DNA of 64,000 bases from Coniocarpon cinnabarinum (taxonomy: Eukaryota), in the NCBI GenBank assembly GCA_051942205.1, contig JAVECO010000013.1, positions 62,001-126,000 of the forward strand, read 5' to 3'. Each line of letters begins with the position of its first letter. Position 1 is the first letter of the stretch. The notes under the pieces are model-generated. The model searched no databases. It was not told where the DNA came from and saw only the letters and a program-made list of their open reading frames with translations. The position numbers and the translations under genes were made by a program. Positions 12,813 through 25,165 of this stretch are shown piece by piece.

Positions 12813-13991
12813 GATGGCGTTGTATGTTCAGGAAGCGAGGAGAAGCTGTATGGCGTTGTATTGACTCGAGGTTAAAAGGCAGAAGCAGTCTAGACGTGAG
12901 CGTATGCAGTGATTATCGAGTGTGGCTGGTCACGACGTCAGACGCGGTCAGGGAGACGAACGATCTTTGTAAGTCCCGGGCGGTGAGGGCGATAATGGCT
13001 GTTTTCGGGTGTTCGTCGATCACAGATGTGGCGCCGCGGCAGGCCCGTTTCAGAAGCGCTCAGGTTGCGGAGGTCTGTGTGAAGAGCGTGCAGTCGCCTT
13101 TTCGCCGTGGAATCTCGTGAGTCGTGGGGCGGAAAGTTTCACACGGTGCCGCAGAAGCACGTGGTCGGACCGAGGGACGCGATGTCTGATATGACACGAG
13201 GACGCGGTCGACAGATTTTGCTGTGTGAGGCAAGTAGATGAATGGCCGTTTGGGGAATTCGAGGGTGGATAACGTAGGGAACGGTAAAAAAAGGATGGTG
13301 TGTGGTGTGTGGTGGATCGAGAGGTACGTTTTGGGATCGTGGATCGTGGAGCCGAGCCGAGACAAGGTTTCGTCGGTCTGAATTTAGGGCAGAGATGCCG
13401 GCAAGCTCTGGTGGGTAAACACTCAAGGGAGCAAGTGGGACAGGAAGGTGTGTCAGATCGAGAAGCAGGCGACTTTGTAAGCCTTTTCAGGTATAGAGGT
13501 AGCTCTGATGACGCTGGCCGGCAATGGAGCAGTGACAGGAGGTGGTCGGCTTAAGAGAGCAAAGATCGACGCGCAGGTCCTTGCTATTAATAAAGACAAG
13601 AAAGGGTGGACTCCCACGTGTTCCTGGCGTGGGCGGATGGGCCCGTGAGTGCGTGACCGTTGCGACGGAAGGGGAGGAAAGGGCAGAATGCGAGCGAGCT
13701 GGAGACGGAATGAGCAGGTGTTTAAGACCCGGCTTTTAGGGGGCAAGGCTGTCCGGAGTGTCTGGCTGAGAGAGCGATGGAGCTGAGTCTGGACCGAGAA
13801 GGCAAGCGAGGTGGCGGCGGCAACAAGAGTTGGGAGCGTGGTCAGGCAGGGAGATTGAGGGAGAGAGTGTTATTGCTGACGTAGGGAGCAGACGCTGGCA
13901 GAGGTTGGTTGTGGGCGGGGGTTGGTGGAGAGCAGGCACGCAGATTCAGATTGGTGAGCAGTGAAGATGGAATGCAGGACTTCGCGTGTGC

Positions 13992-14017
13992 TGCAGGTTG
14001 CAGGTTGCAGGTTGCAG
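13992..14017. repeat. Short tandem repeat (TGCAGGT)x3.7
   Basis: tgcaggttgcaggttgcaggttgcag read directly. Confidence 0.85.
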
Positions 14018-14042
14018 CAGTGGCTCGGGTATAGCGGCGGTT

Positions 14043-14071
14043 TGGGATGGGATGGGATGGGATGGGATGGG
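14043..14071. repeat. Microsatellite (TGGGA)x5-6
   Basis: tgggatgggatgggatgggatgggatggg read directly. Confidence 0.95.
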
Positions 14072-16051
14072 GGAATGAAGGAGTCGAGGGGAGGCAGCCG
14101 CGCACCAGTCAGCGACTCAGACCGCTCTCTCTCTCTGAGTCTCTGCGCTACCACACCGGCGCGCCTATCACATCTGAAACAGCCGCGGCACGTGGCTTTC
14201 TCCTGACGCCGCCGCAACGTCCCACCCTCACTGCTGAAGGTCAAGGAGATACCTACGGAGCAGTCGGACGACCAACCAGCTGTTTGATCCCTTTTTTCTG
14301 CGTCAATGCTAGTATGCGCGTCCACAGTCGAACCAGGTCAGAGACACTTGGCCCAAAGATAGACTGCCCACTGGGAACTGGAACAGAATACCCTGCTGCA
14401 TGTCTGGCTGCCGTTACTCTGCAACCCGCCTGAAACCCCGGCCGACAGGACTGCGTCGATGCGACATCATGACCGCCCCTCGCCCGCTGCTGCTCTTGGC
14501 TGCTTCCATCCCTCCCGTTCCGACGTGCACGCTCTCGTACGCTTCTCCGCCCTTGCCTGAAGGAGCGCGTTCATGCATACCACCGACCGGCCAAAGCAAA
14601 CGTCTGCGAGCCAGCCGACGATTCGCACATTTGTCCGCCTTCGACTGTCGACCCTCGGAGCTGACCCGCCGCGCCGTCTGGCGGATGCGTCATGTTAAAT
14701 GCCCCAAGAGGTCCCTGCTTTGCCACGTGTCGGTCTGCAACACGTGGCTTGCCGCCTGTCGATCAACTCGTGCTTAGTCGCTGGACTGTTCTCCTTTTCC
14801 GGATGCTCTGCTTTCCGCAGACGGAGCGACACTGACGGTTCGGGGCCCATGAAGGCGCTCGCAGATGGAGATCACTGCTGGAGTTGGACGATTGCGAATT
14901 TGTAAGACTGTGACGTGGGCGTCCAGTAGGGATTGCAGATCCTGTCAATCACCTGGTGACGCTACAGGGAAGCGAACACTGTAAAAAGTGGGTATTAGTC
15001 CAGACTTACTGTATTTTCGTTCTTGCTTGTTTACGTCGCTGCCGCATCAGCCCTGGAAAGAATTAAAATTTGACACGCAGATTCTACGGAGTAAGGGTCT
15101 ACACTGTTTGGTGGCCGATACTGCAGAGTCCCAGGCAAGCCCTCGTTCAGGATCGCGATATGCATCTACGGAAACTTTTGCGGTGAGCGGAAAGAAGCGG
15201 ACCGCCGTGGAAGGCCTACTCGGGTCCGAAACCGCTTCGAGCGGCATCTCGAGTTCATGCACCGCATTCTTTCCGCATGATCGCGGCTTGTGCGCACCTA
15301 CATTTTGAATTCTTCAGGTTTTGTTGAATCTTAATATCCCGATGGCAGCCTGAGAGCTGCAGATGCATCCATCTTTGTTTCGAGCTGAGCGGCTGCTCGA
15401 GCGCGGCTCATTTGTGAATGATTTGTGGATTTCCACATCTCCGTTTCGCCGGGATGCATCAGTCAGTATCAGCCAGAAATAGACAATGTAAAATCCTACG
15501 GCTTTTGACCACGATTCTGATGTTCTCGCTCATATTTCCAAGGTGAAGCGGTGGAGGGACGCAGCCCTATTGCTCCCTATGCATCGCTCATCCAATGTTC
15601 CAACCGCTTGGTGATTCGCTGTCGATCTGAGCTCATACATGTCCGCGGAGCTTTGATCCTTCGCGGACTCTGTCTCTTTAATTTTGATCTGCAAATCGAT
15701 GAACGGTGTGCAAAAAATGTATCACGTTTTCAGCTTCAAGTAGCTGTTCATCTCGGCACAAGAGCTGAGTTGCAAAAGAGAACAAGTTTTGTCGCCATGG
15801 ACGACGCTATCAGAGTGAGAACAAAGATGCCGCGGACCTACCTCGCACTCATGCAGATCACGTTGTCAAGTCATAGGGGCCGCGGATTCTCCAATGATTC
15901 GTGTCCCGCAATCTAAAACTAAATCTGAGCATGTCAATGGATTGATAGGAATTATCTAGAGCCGCATGACTTGGGAGACCGGAGTTTTAACAAATCGTGG
16001 AACCTAAGGCTTATCAGCGGCGCCCGACCAAAAGTGTCTTTTAGACCGCCT

Positions 16052-16420
16052 TGTGAACGCGTTCTAGTTCGGGACGGCGAGGCTCCTAAATACGCGGACA
16101 ATTGTTCGAATGCTTAATAGTCGGGGCTGGCAGTGTTCACATAATCGTTTGGTAAAGTCAATAGCGGTGAGTTGGCCCTGAATGAACTCTGGGGGCTCTC
16201 GGTTCTTCCAGTAGTGGGTGCAGGGGACGTAGCGGATGTGCCTAATCAGCCGAAATCTCCTTCACCCTGTTGCTGGTCCCTGATGAGATGGAGGCTTTGA
16301 TGGCTTGATAAAAGCGGCCAAGTGGACAAATCCTGTGCGACCGATGATCAAGGACGTACTTTTGAATGCTTAGTCACTCGCTCCACCGCGATATGGATAT
16401 ACGACTCCCGCAGAGCACAT
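16052..16420 (+). ncRNA. Candidate structured ncRNA (three consecutive long hairpins, possibly H/ACA-like)
   Basis: ORF-free region. Stems found by eye: 16052-16060/16133-16141; 16205-16210/16289-16294 enclosing 16221-16235/16267-16282; 16314-16317/16408-16411. Many G-U pairs work only on the + strand. No family recognised. Confidence 0.3.
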
Positions 16421-16537
16421 ATAGTGTGACTGGTGTTTTAGGAAGTGGGAAAAGGTCTCGTCCAAGTACATGACTGCCGCCCGTCGAAGCATTCCACAGC
16501 CATAAATTAGTCGCTTCTTATTTACCGCATCGTCTTT

Positions 16538-17453
16538 TTAAGACTCCATCTCAGCCTTTTCCTCTTCTACAGCCTCCACTCTCTCCTCCACCTTGTCATA
16601 CCAAGCCTGACATGCCACTCTAAACTCTGCCATCCGAATACCAAACATCTTTAACAAAGCCGTTTGTCTTGAATCCAAAATTGCTCCTTCAGCACAAACC
16701 TCAAACTCCCCATCCAGCATCACTTTTCCCTTGTCTAACCTTGTCGGCATCCCTAACGATCGTACTTGAGGCTCAACGCTATGCGCCAACGGCTCGTCCA
16801 TTTCACTCGGAATCTCACCACCAGTCGCGTACACCACTCCTTCGGGAATGGTGAATGAGCGCGTGGCGACTGTTCCCGAACGTGCAAAATCTAGCTCACG
16901 GAACTCTGCGCAGAAGGACAGGACTTCCGTGGATGTCTCTTCTGAGAAGAGCAGTCCGGCATCCCCGGTCATGTAGGGTGTGAGAGCGTGTGAGCCGGGT
17001 TGTGATTCTTCAGCCGGGGTGTGGCCGAGGGCCTTGGCCATGACTTTGGAGCGGCCGTAGAAGAGTCTGCTTCCCTTGCTGGTGAAATGCGTGCGCACGT
17101 CCTTTCTCATGTTAGAATGACTCGAGTCACCTCCTTTTATGTGAGGATTTGAAGGCGCAGCTCCACATGCAACAACGCGATGATCGGGTAGGGGCCTCTC
17201 AATCTTCACTCATTGAAGAGCCAGGGGCATAAGACATGGGAGTAATAGCATTCGAGATGTGCCAGAGGCGGAGATTGAATCAAAAACGCACCTTGAGATA
17301 CGTATTCCGCATGTTCTCAACAGAAAGGACGTAGACGTAACGATACTGAGATAAGCATGTCTGTACGTTCTGGTACAGCTGCTGATTGTGTTCTTTGGTC
17401 TTTTTCTGAAGTTTAGAGGTGTGCACGACACGAGCGCGCTTGGACTTGGGCAT
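16538..17453 (-). CDS. MRT4: Ribosome assembly factor / mRNA turnover protein 4, 2 exons
   Basis: MPKSKRARVVHTSK..VLSVENMRNTYLK, intron 17102-17291, then DVR..SRLFYGRSKVMAKALG..GDAGLLF..DFARSG..HSVEPQVRSLGMPTRL..QTALLKMFG. Confidence 0.95.
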
Positions 17454-17946
17454 GCTGGGGGCGTGCAGATGTCAGATGTAGGCAAATTATTGAACGCACT
17501 TGAGCCAATATTGTTTGCCTTGGCGAAATGACGGGTGGTACCTGAGTTGCTCAACTACGAGTGTAAGATGGCGCTGAAGTACAGCGATCATTTTCCGTTC
17601 CTGGCTCGTAAAATATTGGGAACAAAAAATGTTGACGCTAACCGCTTTTGGCGAGTTGTTCTCGAGTCCGTCAAGAAACAAACGCGAAGCCACTACCAAG
17701 TTGATGACTGACGAGGAAGGGAGGAAACAAGATACATCAAGGGCCACCTGAATTTCTTGCTATCGTACAAACTACAGTAATTGCGGCCGTGAAAGCTGGA
17801 GCAGAGTACCTTTTGTACCTCTCAGCATATACCGTACACACATAAGTACCCTTAGTACCACAGTTGGACCAGTCAAGGAACCTTTGCGAATATGCTCATC
17901 TCGAGCTACATCTTTGGGTCCGCGAGGGTTGCGCGGGTTCCAGATA

Positions 17947-19017
17947 TCACGACGCAAAGACCGTCGTCGTCGCTGAATCGGCGGAACAAATACCCACTCC
18001 AGCCCGCCCACTCTGATACCCATAAAAGCGAGGCACCTCCTGCGCACATGGCCCAAACCCAAAGAGTGTACCAGTCTCAGCAGTATCTTCGAACATGCCT
18101 TCAGTGATGTAGTTGTAATCGTACGCGAACGTGTTTGGTGGCAGCACGTCACGAGGGCAGCTGTCGCCTTCGAGGTTCAACTCGCAGCTCCCGCCATCAG
18201 CCATTTCGTAAATGGAACCGGCTGGGGCAGCATAAGTGAAGAAACGGCAATTCTGGTCGCTGCTGAAGCAAGCGTTGCAGCAATCGCTCGCCGTGGTGTT
18301 GTTGCTCCAAAGGGTGCTGTTGACGCCGCTGGGCTGGCCGGAATCGCCGAAACGGAGCGCGCTAGCTCGCATGCCAAGAGATGCAGTCGCAACGCACGCG
18401 GGTGCTGTGACTGTGCTTGTGCATTCGCGGGTGATGGTCGAGACGGTCGTCGTACTGGGGATCGTGACAGTTGTGTAGGCTGCAGCCGTCTGGCCAGAGT
18501 CGCCAATACATGAGCACGCGCTTGCAAAAGCCACAGGATCATTGCTGCAGCTGGAAGCAATGTTGCTGTTTGGTAGTGGAAGTCCGTCGGTCGCAGACGA
18601 AGCTGGCGCTGAGGTGGTCTGACGTCGCTGAACTTCAGAGCCACGCTTCTCATTAGAACTGGCCGTCGGTGCAGGAGTCGCCGCAGCAGATGAGGTCGCT
18701 ACTGCAGAAGTGGCGGCGGCGTTGTTGGCGAGCTGATAGACAGTCTCAACGCGAGTGGAGAATGTTGTGTGGGAGACGGTGGCCAAAAATTGCGTGCCAG
18801 GAAAGGTACGCGTGGTATGGGCTGGTGGATAAGAGGACAGCCAAGAGTAACAGATGCCATTTCCCGCATATGGCGTGGCGCTGTTGTAGGTGGCGATTGC
18901 CGAGTAGCAGGCGTCATTGCATGCGGGTGCTTGACGCGGTTGATGTTGCGGACTAGCAGATGTAGCGATTGAGGAGAGAGCGACGAGAATGAGCATTAAG
19001 CCACAGCGTCCCGCCAT
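17947..19017 (-). CDS. Secreted Ser/Thr/Ala- and Cys-rich protein (about 356 aa), unknown function
   Basis: Signal peptide MAGRCGLMLILVALSSIATSA from ATG 19017; S/T-rich linkers; dibasic EKR and QRR sites; FASACSCI motif; C-terminal CCNAC..CRFF..C module. Confidence 0.8.
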   Translation of the reverse strand: MAGRCGLMLILVALSSIATSASPQHQPRQAPACNDACYSAIATYNSATPYAGNGICYSWLSSYPPAHTTRTFPGTQFLATVSHTTFSTRVETVYQLANNAAATSAVATSSAAATPAPTASSNEKRGSEVQRRQTTSAPASSATDGLPLPNSNIASSCSNDPVAFASACSCIGDSGQTAAAYTTVTIPSTTTVSTITRECTSTVTAPACVATASLGMRASALRFGDSGQPSGVNSTLWSNNTTASDCCNACFSSDQNCRFFTYAAPAGSIYEMADGGSCELNLEGDSCPRDVLPPNTFAYDYNYITEGMFEDTAETGTLFGFGPCAQEVPRFYGYQSGRAGVGICSADSATTTVFAS

Positions 19018-20201
19018 CTCGCTGAAGTGGTGTACAAGCGTCTTGAGAGAGCTCAGATAGCGGTGAGAGCGTGTCGACGGGGTTTCTAGTCCAGAAATCA
19101 AGTTGCACGTGGGTGAAGTAAGATCTGCCGTGGACGCACGAGGATGAACAGTCCAGCAGGAGTGATGAAGCAAGCGAGTGTGGGGAAAGTGGGAAAACTG
19201 GAGACAGAGGCTGGGAAGTGAGAGGTGCGCAAGGTCTTCATATATTATGGTATCACAAGCATGCAAGCATGGGTGTTTTTCTGGGAGATTAGTGCTTTGC
19301 CAGACTTTGCTTAAAGAGAGTGTCCGCAGCATTCAAGAATCGGGACAGCTGCTGCAGGTGGCAGTACTTCAACATGGCATGAGGTAAAGCCTCGCTGCTT
19401 GTTGCTTCGTTGGGATTCGTAAAGAAAGGGTGGGATGCTAGCGGCGGTCAATCGATTTCTTCATATGACACGGTCCATCACCAAAGCGGCGAGGCTGTCC
19501 GCAATCACTCGACCATATGGCGCTTAGTGCGGCGTGGAGCGCTCTATCAACATATTGGAGAAGGGCTATAGGCAATAATGTGAAGCCATTGGGTGAACAC
19601 GACGGGCGGCACAAAGAGAATCTGCTGTGGAGGGGGACGCATGTGAAAATTTCACTAGATGGGAGGCCGTCATCCCATCGCAACAGGGCCGAAAAGAAGC
19701 AGGGTTCCGCGTTGCACACATACTCGTCCTGTACTTGGTGCGGCATAACACGAAAACGGGCGGCATCTGATGGACGTGACGGACGCAGTCCTTCGTCGGG
19801 GCTTGGTTGGCTTGTTTGGCTTGCACCTTGGACCCTTGGAGCAAGATCACCCTTGCAATTGCTCACGAACCTGGACGGCATGAATACAAGTGGGAAAGCA
19901 GCTTGCAACTTTTGGTGGTAAGTGGGTCGAGGGTTGTTGGGACGCCATCCTGGTCTGGTTGTGGTCCAGGATCAGGAATGAGATTATAGGCAGCGGAAAT
20001 TTTCCGCAGGCACTGCCTCCAATATGTGTGGCCTTGTCTTCCAGGCTAACATCGCTCAGCTGCATGAACCTCGGTCGCGAGACCATTTGGGCATTCTTTC
20101 CAGTCGCTCTTTTTGGCGAGTGTGGGAGCTCTCGACAAGCCGTGCAAGCCATGGGATAGATCACGAGGTTCAGCCTGCTCAGGCTGGCTGAAAATAGCAG
20201 G

Positions 20202-21421
20202 ATGCGCGCTTTCATGGACTATCTGCAACATACCTTCTACGAAGCCTCAGGCTGGGATCCAAACAATAGCTACTCGTCACTGAATGCGACTGCGAGATGT
20301 GTGTTCCCAACAAAAGCCCTTGTCAATATCCCAACTGATTTCACGGCCTAGCATTGCTGTTATTCGGCATACCACACGGCGTTCGTCTAAACGTTTCGAG
20401 CTTGTCCTCCCCCAATTCCGCAACATCATATGATTTTGGCCATGTCGGCCTTATCAACGGATCGCTGTCATATCTATACTCGTCTCTGCCCCTAAGGAGC
20501 CATTCTCGCAGCAGCAAGCTTGATTTGCGAGAGTTCGTTCAAGGCTATCGATATGTTAAGGATGTGGAACGACCAGGAGAAGAGACGCCTCAGGAGATAC
20601 GGTCGAGGGTGCCCTCATCCAGCAAGCCCAACACACTGCTATATGGCCGGCTTTATCTCCCTCAGTCGACGCTCGAGGCGATGTATCTGCGCCGCCTGTC
20701 GCCTTCAAGACAAGTCCAGATATCTTACGTGAGCGACGCACCCTCCAGGTCCGGCACCTCACTGTTGGCTCTTTATCAACACGATCATGGCCATTTCAAC
20801 ACCGAATATCTCTACAGTATGGACAGTGCATTACTTGGATTCCGTGGACTCTACAACTTCGGCGTCGATTCCCAGCCCAGCAGTGATATGCGTAGCGAGC
20901 AGCGAAATGGGAGACTCAGTGCCGGTGGCGAGCTGTACTACGGACTCCTGAACAAGAGCGGCGGCATGAGCGGCGGTTTGCGATTTACCACCCTCCCACG
21001 GCATGTCGGATTCCCCTACACGATGACGCTGACGATGAATCCCCTTGTTGGCAGCCTTACATCGACTTACGCCGTCAAAGCCGGTCGCGACCTGGCACTG
21101 TGTTCACAATTCGACTTCAACTTCTACTCGTACGAGAGCGGTCTTCGTCTGGGTCTAGAGTTATGGAAGTTGCGGCCAGAGTATCTCGAAACCGAGTGGG
21201 CCCGGCGCCTTATACGGCCGGGCTGGAAGCAAGCTTCGCTCCGGTCAGGAGAGGACGTGTCGGGCGTGCTCAAGGCTCGATGTGACCAAGACTGGCGTAT
21301 TGGCATACTTTGGGAAGGCCGCCTGAAGGCGATACTCTTCAGCTTTGGTGTCACACTCGACATGCACAGGCGAGATCAGATCTTCCGGGCCGTGGGCGCT
21401 GAGCTCCAGTTCTCATCATAA
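20202..21421 (+). CDS. MDM10: Mitochondrial distribution and morphology protein 10 (ERMES/SAM beta-barrel), 2 exons
   Basis: FMDYLQHTFYEASGW..NSYSSLNATAR; intron 20299-20351; LLYGRLYLPQSTLEAMYLRR, SAGGELYYG, FDFNFYSYES, C-terminal GAELQFSS. Confidence 0.95.
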
Positions 21422-23224
21422 TGGCTATCCATTTACACGTTATTGCAGATAGGCGGTTCACGTTTATTGTCCGTGCCGGCCGGCTAAGAGAAGCTTCGGA
21501 GCATTTCAGAGCCATACTTTCCGCCGACTAACTCTGGCGGTGAAGCTCAAACGAAACTGGCGTGCGAATTAAGCTCGACACGTGGACAAGACTAGGCTGA
21601 GGATGTGAGTCGCGCCGTGCGAACGCGAGCCATCGTTTCCAATGGATCGAGTCATTGGGTGCGACAAGGCACATGCCGAATGCGAGATCGGCAGTCGACA
21701 CAAACCTCCACCCAAAGCTTGGCGCGCGAGACGTGACCAATGCGGAAGCATCTTGCCTGGATGACCAGGTGGGACCGCCGCGGGCGGCAAGTGACGGACA
21801 CTGTCTGATACTGAGCGCGCATACGCAAGCACGCAGTGACGCTCTGGAGACAATCTTGAACCGGCATGGTCGATAGCGTCGTCCGGGCCCAGACTGTCAG
21901 CAGGCCTTGTGGATAGGCAGAGCCGGTGAGGAAGAGCACGGTCCCAGGGGTAAGAAACGGCCCTAGCGGTGATCCGGCAGAGCATGACGCGAGCGACCCT
22001 GTGCACGCGCTCGTGGCCAATCGTTCGCTCTGTTCAAGGGGTTCTCCCTCGTGGAACTGGTCTAGCTGCCGCAGCGTAGCCGTTTCAGCTTTCACTAGCG
22101 CGCCGTTTCCAATGCTCACCTTTGTGGTATCTTGCTGTTTTGGCCAGTATGATGACTCGACAATGGCGCTGGCCTGCAGTGCATCACGTCCACCAGATCA
22201 TGGATAAAGTTGCTCTATCCCTCAATTGCTCTGGGAGAGTCTTGTTCAATCGCAGAAATGGAGATCCGGGGCGCAGAGACATGTCAGCACATCTGTCGCG
22301 TCTGGAGTGGAAGACCGGACAGGGGCCAGTGCAAGCATCGCGGCAGCGATGGACGCAAGCGCATCAGCAGTGAGGTGTCACGCCGACAGTGTGTGCATTA
22401 CGTGGGCGCTTCCGCGAGCCGCAAGCGTCGCTCTGTGAAACGGTGAGGAGGAGGAGGCTGGACAATCGCCCTGACCTCTGCGCTTCGCCTCACGCGACCG
22501 ACAACGAAACGCGGACGTAATGAAGGGGACCACAAGGCCACAAACAGACAGATCGATCTCGGGTCCAGGTAGGGAGGCGTGAACAGCGTGGGCACAGAAT
22601 CAAGTCCCACCGCATGTTGCCGGTATCCGATGCGTGTTTCTCAGCACCTCAGGTACCCGGGGCGCCAAGTCCTCCCTCAGAGCCCCAGTCCGGAGCACGG
22701 AGCTTCGCTGATGCCTTCCGTTTTCTCCTGTGCGCACGGGCCTCAGCTCGTCTCTTTCCGTGTTTGGCGCCCTCTGCCCTCTTCCCACCCCCTCGTCCTT
22801 ACCTCAGTGCTCACGCTCCCCTTCTTCCTCTCCCCTTCCCGACCCACCTATCCTGTATCTTGACGTCGCTTTCTGTGTTGTTTCGTTCCTTCATTCGGAT
22901 TTCTTTTTAGATTCTTCATTCTTTTCATTCGGTCGCCGCCTTCACGGGCCTGTCACTCCTTTCAGGCACATTTCACTCCTTCGGCTTCGTTTCTTCAACT
23001 CCGCTCCTTTCTGTCAACGTTTAGCGGCCCTTGCACTCTTCCTGCTGCCCGGGGCGTCCGGTCTTTGCCAGTCAACCACTCGACAGCTCCCCAGGACAGT
23101 CTCTTCTGCAGCAAGCATCCGACTTGAATAAAGCTTCTTCGACTCTTAGAAGATCCCGCCTCTAGCTTTCACTTTCAGTTGCATCGCCTCACTTCGGCCG
23201 ACAGCAGCTTACTCGGCTGCGTTG

Positions 23225-25165
23225 ATGGCTTCTGATGGCTCAGTCATTGGCACTCCGTCCGTCGGGACGCCGACGACTGAGGACCCGCCAACGATAGATG
23301 GACAGCTAGCAGGTGCTCCGATGCCCCTTGGGAACATTACCAATGGGAATGCACGACGCCCCCCTCGGAAGAGCACGTTGACGCAGCAGCAGAAGAATCA
23401 AAAGCGTCAGAGAGCCACACAGGACCAGCTGTCCACGTTGGAGATTGAATTCAACAAAAATCCAACACCCACGGCAGGCGTTCGAGAACGCATCGCAAAT
23501 GAGATCAACATGACCGAGCGCTCGGTTCAAATTTGGTTCCAAAACAGGTACAATCGCATCCGAACTTGGGTGATGGCAAGCCAGAGCTAACAAACTCAGA
23601 CGTGCTAAGATCAAAAACATGGCCAAGAAGAGCATCGAGACGGGTGAGGATTGTGATGCAATTCCGGAATCAATGCGAAAATACCTCGCCATGCAAGCTA
23701 TGGAGTCCGGAAAGCCTCTTGTCCGAGACCCTACTGGGCGGGGCTTCTCTCCATACAATAACGGTCTGCTGATGAACACAGACTCGCAGGCCAAAGTTGG
23801 TAAGTATCTAGTGACATCCAGAATGGCTGTGAAACGGTTAAGCTGACTCCCATGCAAGTCATCCAACATTTGCAATGTCGGTCATTGTCGATCGGCACGT
23901 GGCGGCGCATAAGCCAGACTGCCCTTGACCTCGTCGTCTTCTATTCACCCGCGAAGGCGATGTTTACATATTATATCAATGCCGACTCTTCCGGCTTCAA
24001 GATTGAGTATCCATTTTCAGCAATCAAAAACATCACCTTGGACTCAGGCGACGCTTCGGCTGGTGTCGAAGGGGCTTCACAGCGCGCAGGCGGTCTGGTC
24101 GTTGAACTCACACAACCTCCAACCTTCTCCATGGATCCAGGATCTGGTGGCTTCTTCCAGTGTCGGGACTTTACAGAGGAACAGCAGGCTTCACAGGTCT
24201 TCGTCCACCACTTAGGAGGACACTCCAAGGTTTTGAGCGGGCAATTGGCTAAGCTCGTCTCTTTGGACTCTTTCCGAAACCGACACTTGGCGTCCCCGTC
24301 AGGCTTTCCAATGTCTGCACCAGTTTCACCCATGGGCATACATCGCCCGTCATCGCAACCGAATCATTTCCTGCACCCGCACCATGCGACATACTTGGAC
24401 CATGCTCAGGGCACGATGACGCCGCCTGCCAGCCGCGTTGGTCACAAGAGGCAGCGAAGTCGGTCAGTTCCTGCTGCTTGCGACTTTTCGCAGCTGAGAC
24501 GACCCCTCAACCCATTTGTGCAGCAAGAAGTGAATATGGCATCCCCTCGACAGTCATATTATGCGCACCAACATATCCACGCGCCAGTGCCTCAGCATGC
24601 GCCATATCCTGCCTTTTCGCAAGCACCGCTACAGCCGAACCCAACTACGTTCGAGCCCATCGGATCGAATCTCACCATCAACACCACGGCTGCTGGATAT
24701 GACCAAGACATTCGCAACGGTCCAATGTCGGCTACGACGGTCAACTCATCGGAGAACTTTTTCCTCAATGGACCTCCTCCGGACTCTTACTACCATTCGA
24801 ACATGCAGACGCCTCAGACCGGCACGCTGTACTCACCCATGGTCAATCCCTCTAACCTCAGTCATCCATCTTCCTTGTCTCCTTACACCAACCCGCCGCA
24901 CACCGAACCCATGATCGCAAATCACTCTCCACCCTTGGGCTTCGATCGAAGTCAGTCTGTCGATGTATACACCCCTGGCCAAGATCAAGCCGTCTTCCCG
25001 GACGATTCGTTCAACTTTAGTGACATGTACCCAAAGAATCAGGCCTTCCCACTCCCGATCCGTGACGCAGGGATCAACGAGCAAGCTGCGCAGGAACCCA
25101 ACTTCGATTTTGCGGATCTCTGCAACTTTGACGGAACAACCAACTCAAACGTATCGTCTGAGTGA
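23225..25165 (+). CDS. Homeobox transcription factor (pah1/kal-1, Pho2-related), 3 exons
   Basis: Homeodomain [39 protein letters not shown]; introns 23548-23599 and 23800-23858; conserved [19 protein letters not shown] domain; [10 protein letters not shown]. Confidence 0.93.

Noticed and set aside
16250..16290. Hammerhead ribozyme (GAAA and CTGATGAG cores present)
   Set aside because: Stems I and III and the NUH cleavage site could not be formed between the cores.
16280..16430. U3 snoRNA or snR30/U17
   Set aside because: C-like boxes are present, but there is no CTGA D box or correctly placed box A, and no snR30 m1/m2 motifs.
13700..16500. Telomerase RNA in the long intergenic region
   Set aside because: No TAACCCTAA-type template was found on either strand.
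19018..19332. N-terminal extension of the 461-aa ORF
   Set aside because: A clear signal peptide starts at ATG 19017, so the upstream part is probably UTR.
21500..23200. Several overlapping 70-155 aa ORFs
   Set aside because: GC-rich and pyrimidine-rich promoter/leader of the homeobox gene, with no recognisable domains.
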